DNA from: Candidatus Altimarinota bacterium | Lineage (GTDB): Bacteria > Patescibacteriota > Gracilibacteria > UBA1369 | DNA length: 32,000 nt | Reading direction: 5' to 3' | NCBI GenBank assembly: GCA_041659405.1 | Contig: JBAZYK010000003.1 | Coordinates: 90,001 to 122,000 of the forward strand | Part shown: positions 1-9,225 of the stretch, one piece after another | How positions within the stretch are numbered: the first letter of the stretch is position 1 | How the letters are laid out: each line of letters opens with the position of its first letter | Notes under the pieces: generated by a model | The model's input: only the letters and a program-made list of their open reading frames with translations | Database searches by the model: none | Told to the model about the DNA's origin: nothing | Made by a program: the position numbers and the translations under genes

Positions 1-414
1 TCTTTTTTCAACTTCCGTCAAACCATTACCACGATCTATACCACCATTGCCATTCCAATCTGGCCAACCATTTGAATCAATGTAAGATTGATTACCTTTC
101 TGTCTCCTAGCATCGATGCGATGGCCCTGCATTATATCAGTATAAAGTGACCTGATTTTCTCATAGGCAATTGGATTCTTTTTCTGAAACTGTTTATCTT
201 TTAAAGCTAAAACTGCTGCATCAACTATATCCTGTCTTCTTTCTTTTAAATCTTCCACTTTAGGTAAAAAATTTTCATCGGTTCGACCGGCAATTTCCTG
301 TGCTGTTTGTTTATCCGCTTTTGAAACTTCCTGCTGAGGTTTACCAGCTTCAGGTCCCTGCTGATAAGCAAAGCGAGGTGAACGATTGAATGTGAAACAT
401 TTTAATAATTTCAT
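1..414 (-). CDS. hypothetical protein, 3' end cut by window edge (starts MKLLKCFTFNRSPRFAYQQGPEAGKPQQEV)
   Basis: Hand translation of the minus strand from ATG 414..412 stays open for all 138 codons to position 1. It is missing from the ORF track because it runs off the window. It starts 18 nt downstream of the 433..792 gene. No family recognised. Confidence 0.45.
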   Translation of the reverse strand, partial: MKLLKCFTFNRSPRFAYQQGPEAGKPQQEVSKADKQTAQEIAGRTDENFLPKVEDLKERRQDIVDAAVLALKDKQFQKKNPIAYEKIRSLYTDIMQGHRIDARRQKGNQSYIDSNGWPDWNGNGGIDRGNGLTEVEKR

Positions 415-432
415 AAATTTTGTTGTTAATTT

Positions 433-792
433 TTATGTTAATGAATTAAGTAAATTATTGGCTAGCATCTCCTCATTTTTTCTTTCAGAATTTTCTTTTT
501 TTGAAATATTTTCCTTTGTTTCAAATTGATCAAACTCTTTTAGGGCTTTGGAAAGCAGATATAAAGTTTTGAGTTCGTCTTCTGAGTCAGTTGAATTTTG
601 TTCTGAGTCTAAGGCAATATTTTGAACCGGAACACCAATATCAGCTTGCTTGATCGCCTTTATGGCATTTTCAATTTGCGCATCACTGTAATCGCTTATC
701 TTACCCAGCAATTCAAAAATTTGCTCCTTTTTTAGAAGAGAAAGAAGCTTAGACTGAGCAATAGTTTTAAGAAGTAGCCTTGTGGATGACAT
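433..792 (-). CDS. hypothetical protein (119 aa, acidic/Lys-rich, helical-looking)
   Basis: Intact ORF in the track with no competing ORF. Tandem with the downstream partial ORF. No recognisable motif. Confidence 0.5.
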   Translation of the reverse strand: MSSTRLLLKTIAQSKLLSLLKKEQIFELLGKISDYSDAQIENAIKAIKQADIGVPVQNIALDSEQNSTDSEDELKTLYLLSKALKEFDQFETKENISKKENSERKNEEMLANNLLNSLT

Positions 793-840
793 TTTTATTT
801 TTGTTTATTTTAAATGACTTCAGAGAATGATAACATGAAT

Positions 841-849
841 CCCCCCCCC
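841..849. repeat. C9 homopolymer tract (intergenic)
   Basis: Nine consecutive C read directly at 841-849 in an AT-rich divergent intergenic region. Confidence 0.9.
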
Positions 850-941
850 GTCAAGCAAGATTGCCAAAAATCCGCATAAGAACTCAAAGAAAAGAGCTAA
901 AATACGCCCGATAACAAATCTCAAATAAATTATTGATTATC

Positions 942-1024
942 GTGTTCAGGATTTTAGGAATTTTCCTGAATACATCCGCCGTTGCGCCCTGTGTATTCAG
1001 AAAAATTCTCAAAATCCTGAACAC
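942..1024. promoter_or_regulatory. nested inverted repeats / paired operator-like sites upstream of trmD
   Basis: Arm 942-975 and arm 991-1024 are reverse complements (34 bp, 4 mismatches, 15-nt spacer). Each arm also contains TTCAGGA/TTCAGAA-N12-TCCTGAA (945-970 and 996-1021). Confidence 0.5.
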
Positions 1025-1043
1025 CCCTTAATAATTGAATCGC

Positions 1044-1784
1044 ATGCGTTTTGACCTCCTCACCATTTTCCCGGAAATTTTTGATTCTTACCTAAAAGAA
1101 AGCATCATTAAACGCGCTCTTGAAAGCCAGAAAATCAAGATTGTGGTTCATGACATTCGTAAATTCAGCAAAGATCGGCATCATAAAGTGGATAGTACAC
1201 CTTATGGCGGCGGCGCAGGCATGCTGATGGCTCCTCAGCCGATTTATGACTGCATTGAATATGTAAAAAAATTTAATCGGGGCCCTGTAATTTTTATGAG
1301 CCCCCGCGGAAAAATCCTCAACCAGCAAAAAGTTGAGCAATTAGCCAAAATCGGACTCAGCAAAAAAAATTATCCCTGCAAAATTTTGCAAACAGCCAAA
1401 CTGGCCGAAGAAAAATCCTCATCCCTAAAGTCAAAATCAGCCAAAGAAAACGGCCTTATTTTGCTTTGTGGCCGCTATGAAGGCATTGATCAGCGCATCA
1501 TTGATTTAGCCGTTGATGAAGAACTTTCGATTGGAAAATTCGTTCTAACCGGCGGAGAACTCGCAGCAATGATCGTTGTGGATGCGGTTAGTAGATTAGT
1601 TCCGGGCGTTCTGGGAGATGAAGCTTCACACGAAGAAGAAAGCTTTAGCAAAGCCCTAAAACGCAAAAAAGAATATCCCCATTATACCCGACCGGAAGTC
1701 TTTAAAGGCCTGGAAGTGCCGGAAGTTTTGCGTAGTGGCCATCATGCCAAAATCAAAAAATGGCGGGAAGAAAAATTGAGCTGA
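1044..1784 (+). CDS. trmD: tRNA (guanine37-N1)-methyltransferase TrmD
   Basis: Translation has FDLLTIFPEIF at the N-terminus, LLCGRYEGIDQR and LTGGELAAM. ATG at 1044 is preferred over the TTG at 1035 used by the ORF track. Confidence 0.9.
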   Translation: MRFDLLTIFPEIFDSYLKESIIKRALESQKIKIVVHDIRKFSKDRHHKVDSTPYGGGAGMLMAPQPIYDCIEYVKKFNRGPVIFMSPRGKILNQQKVEQLAKIGLSKKNYPCKILQTAKLAEEKSSSLKSKSAKENGLILLCGRYEGIDQRIIDLAVDEELSIGKFVLTGGELAAMIVVDAVSRLVPGVLGDEASHEEESFSKALKRKKEYPHYTRPEVFKGLEVPEVLRSGHHAKIKKWREEKLS

Positions 1785-1866
1785 TTTTAATAGAATCCAT
1801 CCCTGAAAAGCTTTCCTAAATCCCCCATCTGACATACAATTTGCACAATCATCTATCCAAAGAATT

Positions 1867-4620
1867 ATGAATGAGGCGCTCAAGTCGCTTTTGGCCCAAC
1901 ACCAATCTTCATTAGACGGTTTATCAAATGAGGAAGCCCAAAAACGACTAATCACTTTTGGTAAAAACGAACTTATCGCTGGCAAAAAAAAGTCTTATTT
2001 TCTGCAATTTTTGGAAGAATTTAAAGATTTTTTGGTTATTATTCTGATCGTTGCGGTTGGTTTAGCATTCTTTTCCGGGGAATATATTGATGGCGGGATT
2101 ATCCTGTTTATCGTCATCCTGAATGCCACAATTGGCTTTATTCAGAAATTTAAAGCGGAAAAGGCAATAGAAGCCCTAAGAAAAATGATTGCGCCAATAG
2201 CCAAAGTTTTGCGTGATGGCAATGTGCAGGAAATAGCGGCAAGCCAGGTTGTACCGGGTGATATTTTGATTTTGCATGAAGGTGACCAGATTATCGCCGA
2301 TGCCGTTTTGCTTGAATCCAATGAGCTTCAAGCGCAAGAAGCAGCGCTGACCGGCGAATCGACAGCCGTGGATAAAGCCCATTTCGCACTTGAAATAACA
2401 CCGGAGAATTTGATCTACATGGGCACAAATATCGTGCATGGCACAGCCAAAGCTCTGGTTACCAAAACCGGTATGCAGACCGAAATGGGAAAAATCGCCA
2501 CCATGACCACCGAAACCGAAAAAGACAAAACTCCACTCCAAAAAGAAATGCAGGATATTGGCATGTTCATAGGCAAATTTACGTTTGTGATTACTGCGAT
2601 TTTGATAGTTTTAGGAATTTTTGTTCAAAAAAGAGGAATCATTGAAACTATCCTTTTTGCCACTGCCGTAGCCGTTGCAGCCGTTCCGGAAGGATTACCC
2701 GCAACCATCACCATCACGCTCGCACTTGGTGTTCAAAAATTGGCAAAAAATAATGCCATCGTCAAACAATTGGCATCGGTGGAAACACTCGGCTCCACAA
2801 CCGTTATCTGCAGCGATAAAACGGGAACTCTCACCAAAAATGAAATGACGGTTAAAGAACTTTATTATGACCGTTATAGCGCTACGGTTGAAGGAGTTGG
2901 CTACGATCCCAAAGGAGAAATTAAGCACAATGGCAAAAAGCCTTTGGACCTTTTATATTTAACGGCCGCACTTTGTAATAACGCTGATGTAAGCCAAGAT
3001 AACGGCCAATGGAAAATGATTGGAGACCCGACCGAAGGAGCCTTAATAACTTTGGTTAAAAAGAGCGATTTTCCTTTAGATCAATCCAAAGAAAATTTCC
3101 AAAAATTGCATGAGTTTCCGTTTGATTCCGATCGCAAATGCATGACCGTGTTATATGAAGAAAAGACTTCCGGAAAGATTTTTGCCTTCACCAAAGGCGC
3201 GCCAATCAACATTTTCAAAATTTCCGATCACATGATGATGAACGATCATCCTATGAAGATTGATCATGTTACGCAAAAAGAATTTCTGGATAAAAACGAA
3301 AAAATGGCTCAAAAAGCCTTAAGAGTTTTGGCTTTTGCCTACCGTGAACTCTCCTCACACGAAATCAAAACCTGGCAGAAATACAAAGAAACACAGGTGG
3401 AAGGCCAAGTCCAGGCTCCACAAAAATTCCCTTTCACCAAAGATGAAATCGAAAAAAATCTGACATTTTTGGGGCTGATTGGCATGATTGATCCACCACG
3501 TCCGGAAGTAGCCGAAGCTATTGACCTTACCAGACAGGCCGGAATCAAGGTTTACATTATAACCGGCGATCACGGGACCACCGCCGAAGCCATTGCCAGA
3601 CAAATCGGACTTATTGGGAAAAATAAACATCTTATTATTAACGGCGCTGAACTCAACGATTTATCCGATCCGGAAGTCAAAAAATTGCTTGAGGATAAAA
3701 AACTGGACATTATTTTTGCCAGAGTAACCCCGGCACACAAACTCCGCATTGTTTCACTTTTGAAGGAACTTGGTGAAGTTGTGGCTGTTACAGGCGACGG
3801 CGTGAATGACGCACCGGCTCTTAAACGCAGCGATATTGGGGTAGCCATGGGCAGCGGCACGGATGTCAGCAAAGAAGCTGCCAATATGATTTTAACCGAC
3901 AACAGCTTTTCGACCATTATTAAAGCGGTTAAAGAAGGCCGCACCATCTACGAAAATCTTAAAAAATTCATTTATTTTATGTTTTCCTCTAACATGGGGG
4001 AACTTCTAACAATTTTTGGTGCAATTCTTTTGAACTTTCCGGCACCACTTACGGCAGTCTTAATTCTTTTTGTGAATCTGTTTAGTGATGTTTTACCCGC
4101 ACTTGCCTTAGGGCTGGAACCAACCGAAAACACCATTATGTCTAAAAAACCTCGCCGCAAAACGGAAAGAATGCTTCATCGCAATTTTCTTTTCCGTATT
4201 TTTTATGGTGGATTTTTTATGACTTTGATTATTTTAAGTGGATTTGTTTGGACTTTATACCGCTACGGTTGGGAATGGGGCCAATACCTGGACCTTGATC
4301 ATCCGACTTTCTTAAAAGCCAGCACCATCACTTTTGCGCTAATGGTGATCAGCCAAATGGGCATTGCCTTAAGCGCCAAAAGCGAAGATCAATCCATCTT
4401 TAACAGTGGAATTTTTAAAAACAAAAAGTTGATCGGCGCTATCCTGATTTCCATTATTTTAACGATTGTCATAATTCAGGCACCATTTTTACAGTCATTT
4501 TTCCATACAACTTCACTCGATCTTGAAGAATGGTTAATCGTGATGTGTGCGCCATTGTTGATTATCGGCCTGGAAGAAGCCCGCAAAGCTTACGTTAGAA
4601 ACATTAAAGCGACTGTTTAA
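1867..4620 (+). CDS. P-type cation-transporting ATPase, P2A (SERCA-like, probably Ca2+)
   Basis: 917 aa. Has the DKTGTLT phosphorylation site, TGDGVNDAPAL, PEGLPA in TM4, and SSNMGE and VNLFSDVLPA in TM5/6. Confidence 0.9.
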   Translation: MNEALKSLLAQHQSSLDGLSNEEAQKRLITFGKNELIAGKKKSYFLQFLEEFKDFLVIILIVAVGLAFFSGEYIDGGIILFIVILNATIGFIQKFKAEKAIEALRKMIAPIAKVLRDGNVQEIAASQVVPGDILILHEGDQIIADAVLLESNELQAQEAALTGESTAVDKAHFALEITPENLIYMGTNIVHGTAKALVTKTGMQTEMGKIATMTTETEKDKTPLQKEMQDIGMFIGKFTFVITAILIVLGIFVQKRGIIETILFATAVAVAAVPEGLPATITITLALGVQKLAKNNAIVKQLASVETLGSTTVICSDKTGTLTKNEMTVKELYYDRYSATVEGVGYDPKGEIKHNGKKPLDLLYLTAALCNNADVSQDNGQWKMIGDPTEGALITLVKKSDFPLDQSKENFQKLHEFPFDSDRKCMTVLYEEKTSGKIFAFTKGAPINIFKISDHMMMNDHPMKIDHVTQKEFLDKNEKMAQKALRVLAFAYRELSSHEIKTWQKYKETQVEGQVQAPQKFPFTKDEIEKNLTFLGLIGMIDPPRPEVAEAIDLTRQAGIKVYIITGDHGTTAEAIARQIGLIGKNKHLIINGAELNDLSDPEVKKLLEDKKLDIIFARVTPAHKLRIVSLLKELGEVVAVTGDGVNDAPALKRSDIGVAMGSGTDVSKEAANMILTDNSFSTIIKAVKEGRTIYENLKKFIYFMFSSNMGELLTIFGAILLNFPAPLTAVLILFVNLFSDVLPALALGLEPTENTIMSKKPRRKTERMLHRNFLFRIFYGGFFMTLIILSGFVWTLYRYGWEWGQYLDLDHPTFLKASTITFALMVISQMGIALSAKSEDQSIFNSGIFKNKKLIGAILISIILTIVIIQAPFLQSFFHTTSLDLEEWLIVMCAPLLIIGLEEARKAYVRNIKATV

Positions 4621-4650
4621 ATTACGCTCAAATCCTGAATATTTTCATGG

Positions 4651-4968
4651 TTGATCCTTATGCCCCAAAAAGACACAAAATCCTCACTAAAATTGCAGGA
4701 AAGCCTACAAAAAGCCAAATCTAAGCTACAACTTCAACAATCAATTTGCCTTAAAATTAAGGTCACAGCCAAAAGCGGCAAACACGAATTCAGTGATTTA
4801 ATGGCGGACGGAACAATCAAAATAAAGCTGAAAGCCGTGCGGGATAAAGGCAAAGCCAATGCTGAATTGATTGAACTGCTGAGTGATTTTTTTGGAGTTT
4901 CCCGCAAAAATATTAACATCTTAACAGGCGAAAAAGCGGCACAGAAAATAATTGAAATAAATCCATGA
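4651..4968 (+). CDS. DUF167/YggU-family small protein
   Basis: The C-terminal part IKIKLKAVRDKGKANAELIELLSDFFGVSRKNINILTGEKAAQKIIEI matches my memory of the YggU fold family. ATG at 4660 is an alternative start. The stop overlaps the next start (ATGA at 4965-4968). Confidence 0.65.
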   Translation: MILMPQKDTKSSLKLQESLQKAKSKLQLQQSICLKIKVTAKSGKHEFSDLMADGTIKIKLKAVRDKGKANAELIELLSDFFGVSRKNINILTGEKAAQKIIEINP

Positions 4969-5882
4969 TCTACAACGACTCCGACGAACTCGTCAAATTC
5001 CTGCAAAAAAACCACCTTTGGAATAAAAAATCTCTTGGCCAAAATTTTTTGGTAAACTTTGAAGTTCTTAAAAAAATCCTGGAAGCGGCGGAAATTACTG
5101 CTGAAGATTTTATAGTTGAAGTCGGCACCGGCTTGGCCGTTTTAACCGAGAGCCTAGCGGCAAACGCCAAGCGGGTTGAAACAATTGAGTTTGATCCCAA
5201 GTTGATTCCGATTCTTAGGGAATATCTGCAAAAATTCCCAAACGTAAATCTGGAGCATCAGGATGCGCTAACTTATGACCTGCCAACCGTCGATTACAAA
5301 CTCGTGGCCAATATTCCCTACTACATAACTTCCCCGCTGCTGAATCATTTTTTGCAGCCCACGCACGACGCGAAGCAAAGTGCGCTTTATGAAAAAAGTG
5401 GAGTGGCCAACCTTAAAGATCGAGAGCCAAACCAGCAACGCAAAAGGCCAAGCCTAATTGTTCTACTTGTTCAAAAAGAAGTCGCCGAAAAAATCTGCGC
5501 AAAAGCTGACGATCATAGCGTTTTAAGTCTGCAGGTTCAAATTTTTGGCAAACCTACAATCGTGAGCATGGTGAGCAAAAATAGTTTTTTCCCGGCACCA
5601 AAAGTCGACTCGGCAATCCTGAAAATTGAAATGTATCCGGAGCCGCTCATCAAAGATCTGGATACTTTTTTCAAACTGATCAAAAGAGCTTTCCTGCAAC
5701 GTCGCAAAACCCTGTTAAATTCTTTGGGAAACGGCTTTCAGCTTTCACGTGAACAAACCGCAGAAATACTTAAAAAAGCCGGCATAGCCGAAAATCAACG
5801 CCCGCAAGCGCTAAGCATTCAGGAATGGGAAAACTTGGGCAAAATTCTCTCCGAATCTCTAAATCAGGAAAAGACACTTTGA
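4965..5882 (+). CDS. rsmA: 16S rRNA (adenine1518/1519-N6)-dimethyltransferase RsmA/KsgA
   Basis: Has GQNFL, the SAM motif VEVGTGLAVLT, NIPYYITSP and LVQKEVAEK. Contains an extra ~30-aa segment. Confidence 0.9.
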   Translation: MIYNDSDELVKFLQKNHLWNKKSLGQNFLVNFEVLKKILEAAEITAEDFIVEVGTGLAVLTESLAANAKRVETIEFDPKLIPILREYLQKFPNVNLEHQDALTYDLPTVDYKLVANIPYYITSPLLNHFLQPTHDAKQSALYEKSGVANLKDREPNQQRKRPSLIVLLVQKEVAEKICAKADDHSVLSLQVQIFGKPTIVSMVSKNSFFPAPKVDSAILKIEMYPEPLIKDLDTFFKLIKRAFLQRRKTLLNSLGNGFQLSREQTAEILKKAGIAENQRPQALSIQEWENLGKILSESLNQEKTL

Positions 5883-5890
5883 TTCAAAAA

Positions 5891-6934
5891 TCACGTGCCC
5901 AAATTCTTTTTCATCTCTTCCACCGCCGCCCTGGCCGCCGCCGCATAGTCGCGTTCTTTGAATTTATCCGACTCTTTCCAGGCGTACATAATTCCACGGG
6001 ACGAATTTACAATCGCGCCGGTTCCATCATCATTAAAACAAGCTTTAACGTCTGCGGCTGTACCGCCCTGAGCTCCATATCCGGGCACCAAAAATATATT
6101 TTGAGGCATAAGTTGGCGCAATTTTTTTGCCTGAACCGGAAAAGTCGCTCCCACAACAGCTCCAATAAAAGAATACCCGCTCTCCCCTATTTCATCCGAG
6201 CCCCAAGAGTCCAAATAATGAGCCATAACCTCGTAAACAGTGGCACCATCACCAGCTGCAGCATCTTTTTCACTACGCTGCGCGCTGATCTGCAAATCCT
6301 GCAAATCACTGGAAGATGGATTGGAAGTTTTTACCAAAATAAATAAACCTTTACCAAATTTGCGAGCCTGATCAACAAACGGCTTAATGCCATCCCAACC
6401 AAGGTATGGCGCAACCGTCACAGCATCGGCATCAAAAGAAAAAACCTCTTTTCCAAAAAGATCAATTTGACCCAAGAAAGCCTTTGCATAAGCCTCTGCC
6501 GTCGATCCAATATCACCACGCTTAATATCAGCAATCGTCAGCAATTTTTTATCCCGCGCATACCAAAGCGTTTCTTCAAAAGCCCGCATGCCTTCATGGC
6601 CGTATTGCTCAAAAAAAGCGACCTGCGGTTTTACCACAGGCACAAGATCACAAACGGCATCAATAATCCCCTTATTAAATTCCACAATGGCGATTCTGGC
6701 AGCCTCTAAAGGAGTTTTTGCCCGCTCCAAAGCCGCCTTTTTAATAAACTCGGGAATCTGCGAAAGTCGCGGGTCCAGCCCAACACAAATCGCTGATCCT
6801 TTAGCCTTTATTTGCGCATTCAACCGATCAGCAAAATGAAAAGGAACCTGTTTTTTATCATCACGCTTTTGATGTTTTTGGAGCTCTTTTAATGCGAGCT
6901 GTTCTTCCATGGAAAGGTTTTTTGATTCTGACAT
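5891..6934 (-). CDS. pyrF: orotidine 5'-phosphate decarboxylase, long (type 2) form
   Basis: 347 aa. Has CVGLDP and DIKRGDIGST motifs. Adjacent to pyrE. Confidence 0.88.
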   Translation of the reverse strand: MSESKNLSMEEQLALKELQKHQKRDDKKQVPFHFADRLNAQIKAKGSAICVGLDPRLSQIPEFIKKAALERAKTPLEAARIAIVEFNKGIIDAVCDLVPVVKPQVAFFEQYGHEGMRAFEETLWYARDKKLLTIADIKRGDIGSTAEAYAKAFLGQIDLFGKEVFSFDADAVTVAPYLGWDGIKPFVDQARKFGKGLFILVKTSNPSSSDLQDLQISAQRSEKDAAAGDGATVYEVMAHYLDSWGSDEIGESGYSFIGAVVGATFPVQAKKLRQLMPQNIFLVPGYGAQGGTAADVKACFNDDGTGAIVNSSRGIMYAWKESDKFKERDYAAAARAAVEEMKKNLGT

Positions 6935-6962
6935 TGCGTTAATTTAAATTGTGAAACAGAGC

Positions 6963-7637
6963 CTATAAATCCACACCATATAATTTTCGATATTCCTTAA
7001 TTTTCTCAAATTTTTCATTATCGATATACACCGTTCCATCAAGCTCTTTGTCATACAAATAAGAAACGATTTCTTCGATGGAAACAATCGAATAAACCTT
7101 GATACCAAACTCATCTTTCAATTCCTGCACTGCGCTTTTTTCACCCTGGCCCTTTTCCAAACGATCAATCGCAATCAAAACACCGGTAATTTCCGGATTT
7201 CCATGTTGCTTCAAAAGCTCGATACATCCGCGCAAAGCCGTTCCCGCAGTCATCACATCATCCACAATCACCAATTTGGAATCTTTGGTAATTGGCGCAC
7301 CAACAATCAAGCCACCTTCTCCATGATCTTTGGCTTCCTTGCGATTAAAACCATAGGCCACATTAATGCCGAACCGTTCATACAAAGACATGCAAACCGC
7401 CACGCTCAAAGGAATTCCCTTATAGGCAGGCCCAAAAACCACATCGTAATCTTTAAGATAACCGCGCAAAGCCGCTGCATAAAAAGCACCCAGTTGCGTG
7501 ATGAGTTCACCGGTATAAAACTGTCCAAGATTCAAGAAATATGGGCACTTTCGGCCGCTCTTAAGCGTAAAATCCCCAAACTTAAGAGTATTTGATTTGA
7601 CCAAAAATTTTATAAAATCTTCTTTATATTGTTGCAT
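6963..7637 (-). CDS. pyrE: orotate phosphoribosyltransferase
   Basis: 224 aa. Has the PRPP-binding motif LVIVDDVMTAGTA and FGPAYKGIPL. Confidence 0.92.
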   Translation of the reverse strand: MQQYKEDFIKFLVKSNTLKFGDFTLKSGRKCPYFLNLGQFYTGELITQLGAFYAAALRGYLKDYDVVFGPAYKGIPLSVAVCMSLYERFGINVAYGFNRKEAKDHGEGGLIVGAPITKDSKLVIVDDVMTAGTALRGCIELLKQHGNPEITGVLIAIDRLEKGQGEKSAVQELKDEFGIKVYSIVSIEEIVSYLYDKELDGTVYIDNEKFEKIKEYRKLYGVDL

Positions 7638-7704
7638 AGCGAAAACAATATAAGAACTTCAGCAGAAAAACACAATCTTTTTAGCTTCGAACATTATTTT
7701 TTGA

Positions 7705-8022
7705 TTACTTGCCGTGCCCCATACACGCACGCATATCAAAAACCTTAACTTCGATTTTAAAATTTTTATTTATTTTATCACTGGCTGTTTCCAATTCATA
7801 ATCAAGCTGAAGATTAAGCCAAAACTTAGCTGAATTGCCGAAATAACGACTCAAACGCAAAGCGGTATCAGGGGTTATCGATCGCTTTTTAAGAATTATC
7901 TCATTAATACGACGAGGGGGCACACTTATATCTTTAGCCAAACGATATTGGCTAATATTTAGCGGTTTTAAAAATTCCTTTTCTAAAATTTCGCCTGGAT
8001 GAATTGGTTTAAGTTTTTTCAT
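7705..8022 (-). CDS. higA: HigA-type antitoxin (XRE-family HTH)
   Basis: The N-terminus IHPGEILEKEFLKPLNISQYRLAKDISVPPRRINEIILKKRSITPDTALRLSRYFGNSAKFWLNLQ is a classic HigA/VapI pattern. It starts 2 nt after the higB stop. Confidence 0.85.
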   Translation of the reverse strand: MKKLKPIHPGEILEKEFLKPLNISQYRLAKDISVPPRRINEIILKKRSITPDTALRLSRYFGNSAKFWLNLQLDYELETASDKINKNFKIEVKVFDMRACMGHGK

Positions 8023-8024
8023 AT

Positions 8025-8306
8025 TTAATGATAATTTACAATTTCCACTTCATAAGCATTATTTTGTGACCAGTAAAAGCAAATCCTCCATTTTCTATTA
8101 ATTCTTATACTATACTGGCCTTTCCGCTCTGCTACTAACATTTCAAGATGATTTGAAGGCGGAACCCGCAAATCATTAATGTTTTCGGCCCTATGGAGCA
8201 TTCTCAATTTACGAAATGCTACCCTTTGAAGACTGGCAACAAAATTCTTTGCATATTCTCGATTGAAAAGCTTTGCTGCCTCCTTATTTTTAAAACTTTT
8301 GATCAT
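8025..8306 (-). CDS. higB: HigB-type toxin (RelE/ParE superfamily, plasmid maintenance system killer)
   Basis: Has IKSFKNKEAAKLF...LRMLHRAENINDLRVPPSNHLEML...YSIRINRKWRICF. The start is placed at ATG 8306 because the predicted promoter/operator lies inside the longer ORF-track version (8333). Confidence 0.8.
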   Translation of the reverse strand: MIKSFKNKEAAKLFNREYAKNFVASLQRVAFRKLRMLHRAENINDLRVPPSNHLEMLVAERKGQYSIRINRKWRICFYWSQNNAYEVEIVNYH

Positions 8307-8310
8307 AACA

Positions 8311-8339
8311 ATATTAACGATGTACGTTAACATTGTAAA
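8311..8339 (-). promoter_or_regulatory. higBA promoter with embedded inverted-repeat operator
   Basis: On the minus strand: TTTACA (8339..8334), 17 nt, TAATAT (8316..8311). The inverted repeat TTAACG-N5-CGTTAA (8314-8330) sits between and over the hexamers. Confidence 0.5.
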
Positions 8340-8381
8340 GAAAATGTAATTACCAAAACTTAAACCTAAAATGAAATTATT

Positions 8382-9215
8382 CTAAAATTTCTGGATTTTC
8401 CCCACCAAATCGCGGTGATATTTGCCAAATTCGGTAATTTTTCGAGCTTTTGCATTATTCACAACCGGGCCGCTTTTGCACATTCTTTCGCCGGTAGGAT
8501 CCACACAACACTGACCACAAACCCCAAAACCACACTTCATATAACGCTCGATTGAAACCTGCGCCGGTATTTTAGCGGCAAAACACATGTCGGAAATTCG
8601 CTTCATCATCACCTCCGGACCGCAAGTATAAACACAGCTTATGCGCGAACCTTTTTTCGCTTTATGCTCCTTTATCAACCTCTCCAAAATCATCGTGTTG
8701 TAGCCCTTTAAGCCCACAGAACCATCATCCGTCGCAATGAACAATTTCACATTTTTCAGTTTTTTGATTCGATCGATGTAGAGCAAATGTTCTTTACTGC
8801 GCGCCCCAATCACAAAATCGACCTTACAACCGGCCTTCACCGCCGCAACAGTTAAGTTATACAAAGGCGCAGCTCCATATCCGCCACCCATCATCACCAA
8901 GTGTTGACCTTTCTTAAAAGCACCACCACCCGGCCCGGTAAAATGAGTTCCATAAGGCCCGCGAACGCCCACCAAATCCCCTACTTTCAAAGTGTGCATT
9001 TTCTTGGAAAAATTCCCAACCGCAAACATGGTCACCCAAAATTCTTTGCCGTTATCAAACGCGATACTCATCGGCTTCTCATCCACACGCGGAATCCACA
9101 AATTCACAAACTGCCCGGGTTTTGAATTCAAAGCATGCTCAAACACAAAAGTTTTCACAAACGGCGTTTCAGTGATGATTTTTTTAATCGGAATTGCTTT
9201 TGGAATGTCGAACAT
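8382..9215 (-). CDS. pyrK: dihydroorotate dehydrogenase (class 1B) electron-transfer subunit PyrK
   Basis: FAD/NAD-binding-like body plus the C-terminal 2Fe-2S Cys cluster CGFGVCGQCCV...MCKSGP. ATG 9215 is chosen; the track start at 9278 would overlap pyrD by 53 nt. Confidence 0.85.
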   Translation of the reverse strand: MFDIPKAIPIKKIITETPFVKTFVFEHALNSKPGQFVNLWIPRVDEKPMSIAFDNGKEFWVTMFAVGNFSKKMHTLKVGDLVGVRGPYGTHFTGPGGGAFKKGQHLVMMGGGYGAAPLYNLTVAAVKAGCKVDFVIGARSKEHLLYIDRIKKLKNVKLFIATDDGSVGLKGYNTMILERLIKEHKAKKGSRISCVYTCGPEVMMKRISDMCFAAKIPAQVSIERYMKCGFGVCGQCCVDPTGERMCKSGPVVNNAKARKITEFGKYHRDLVGKIQKF

Positions 9216-9225
9216 AAATTGAACA

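Noticed and set aside
5825-6346. 173-aa plus-strand ORF.
   Set aside because: It is an antisense shadow of pyrF, which has clear catalytic motifs. It is Arg/Ser-rich with no motif.
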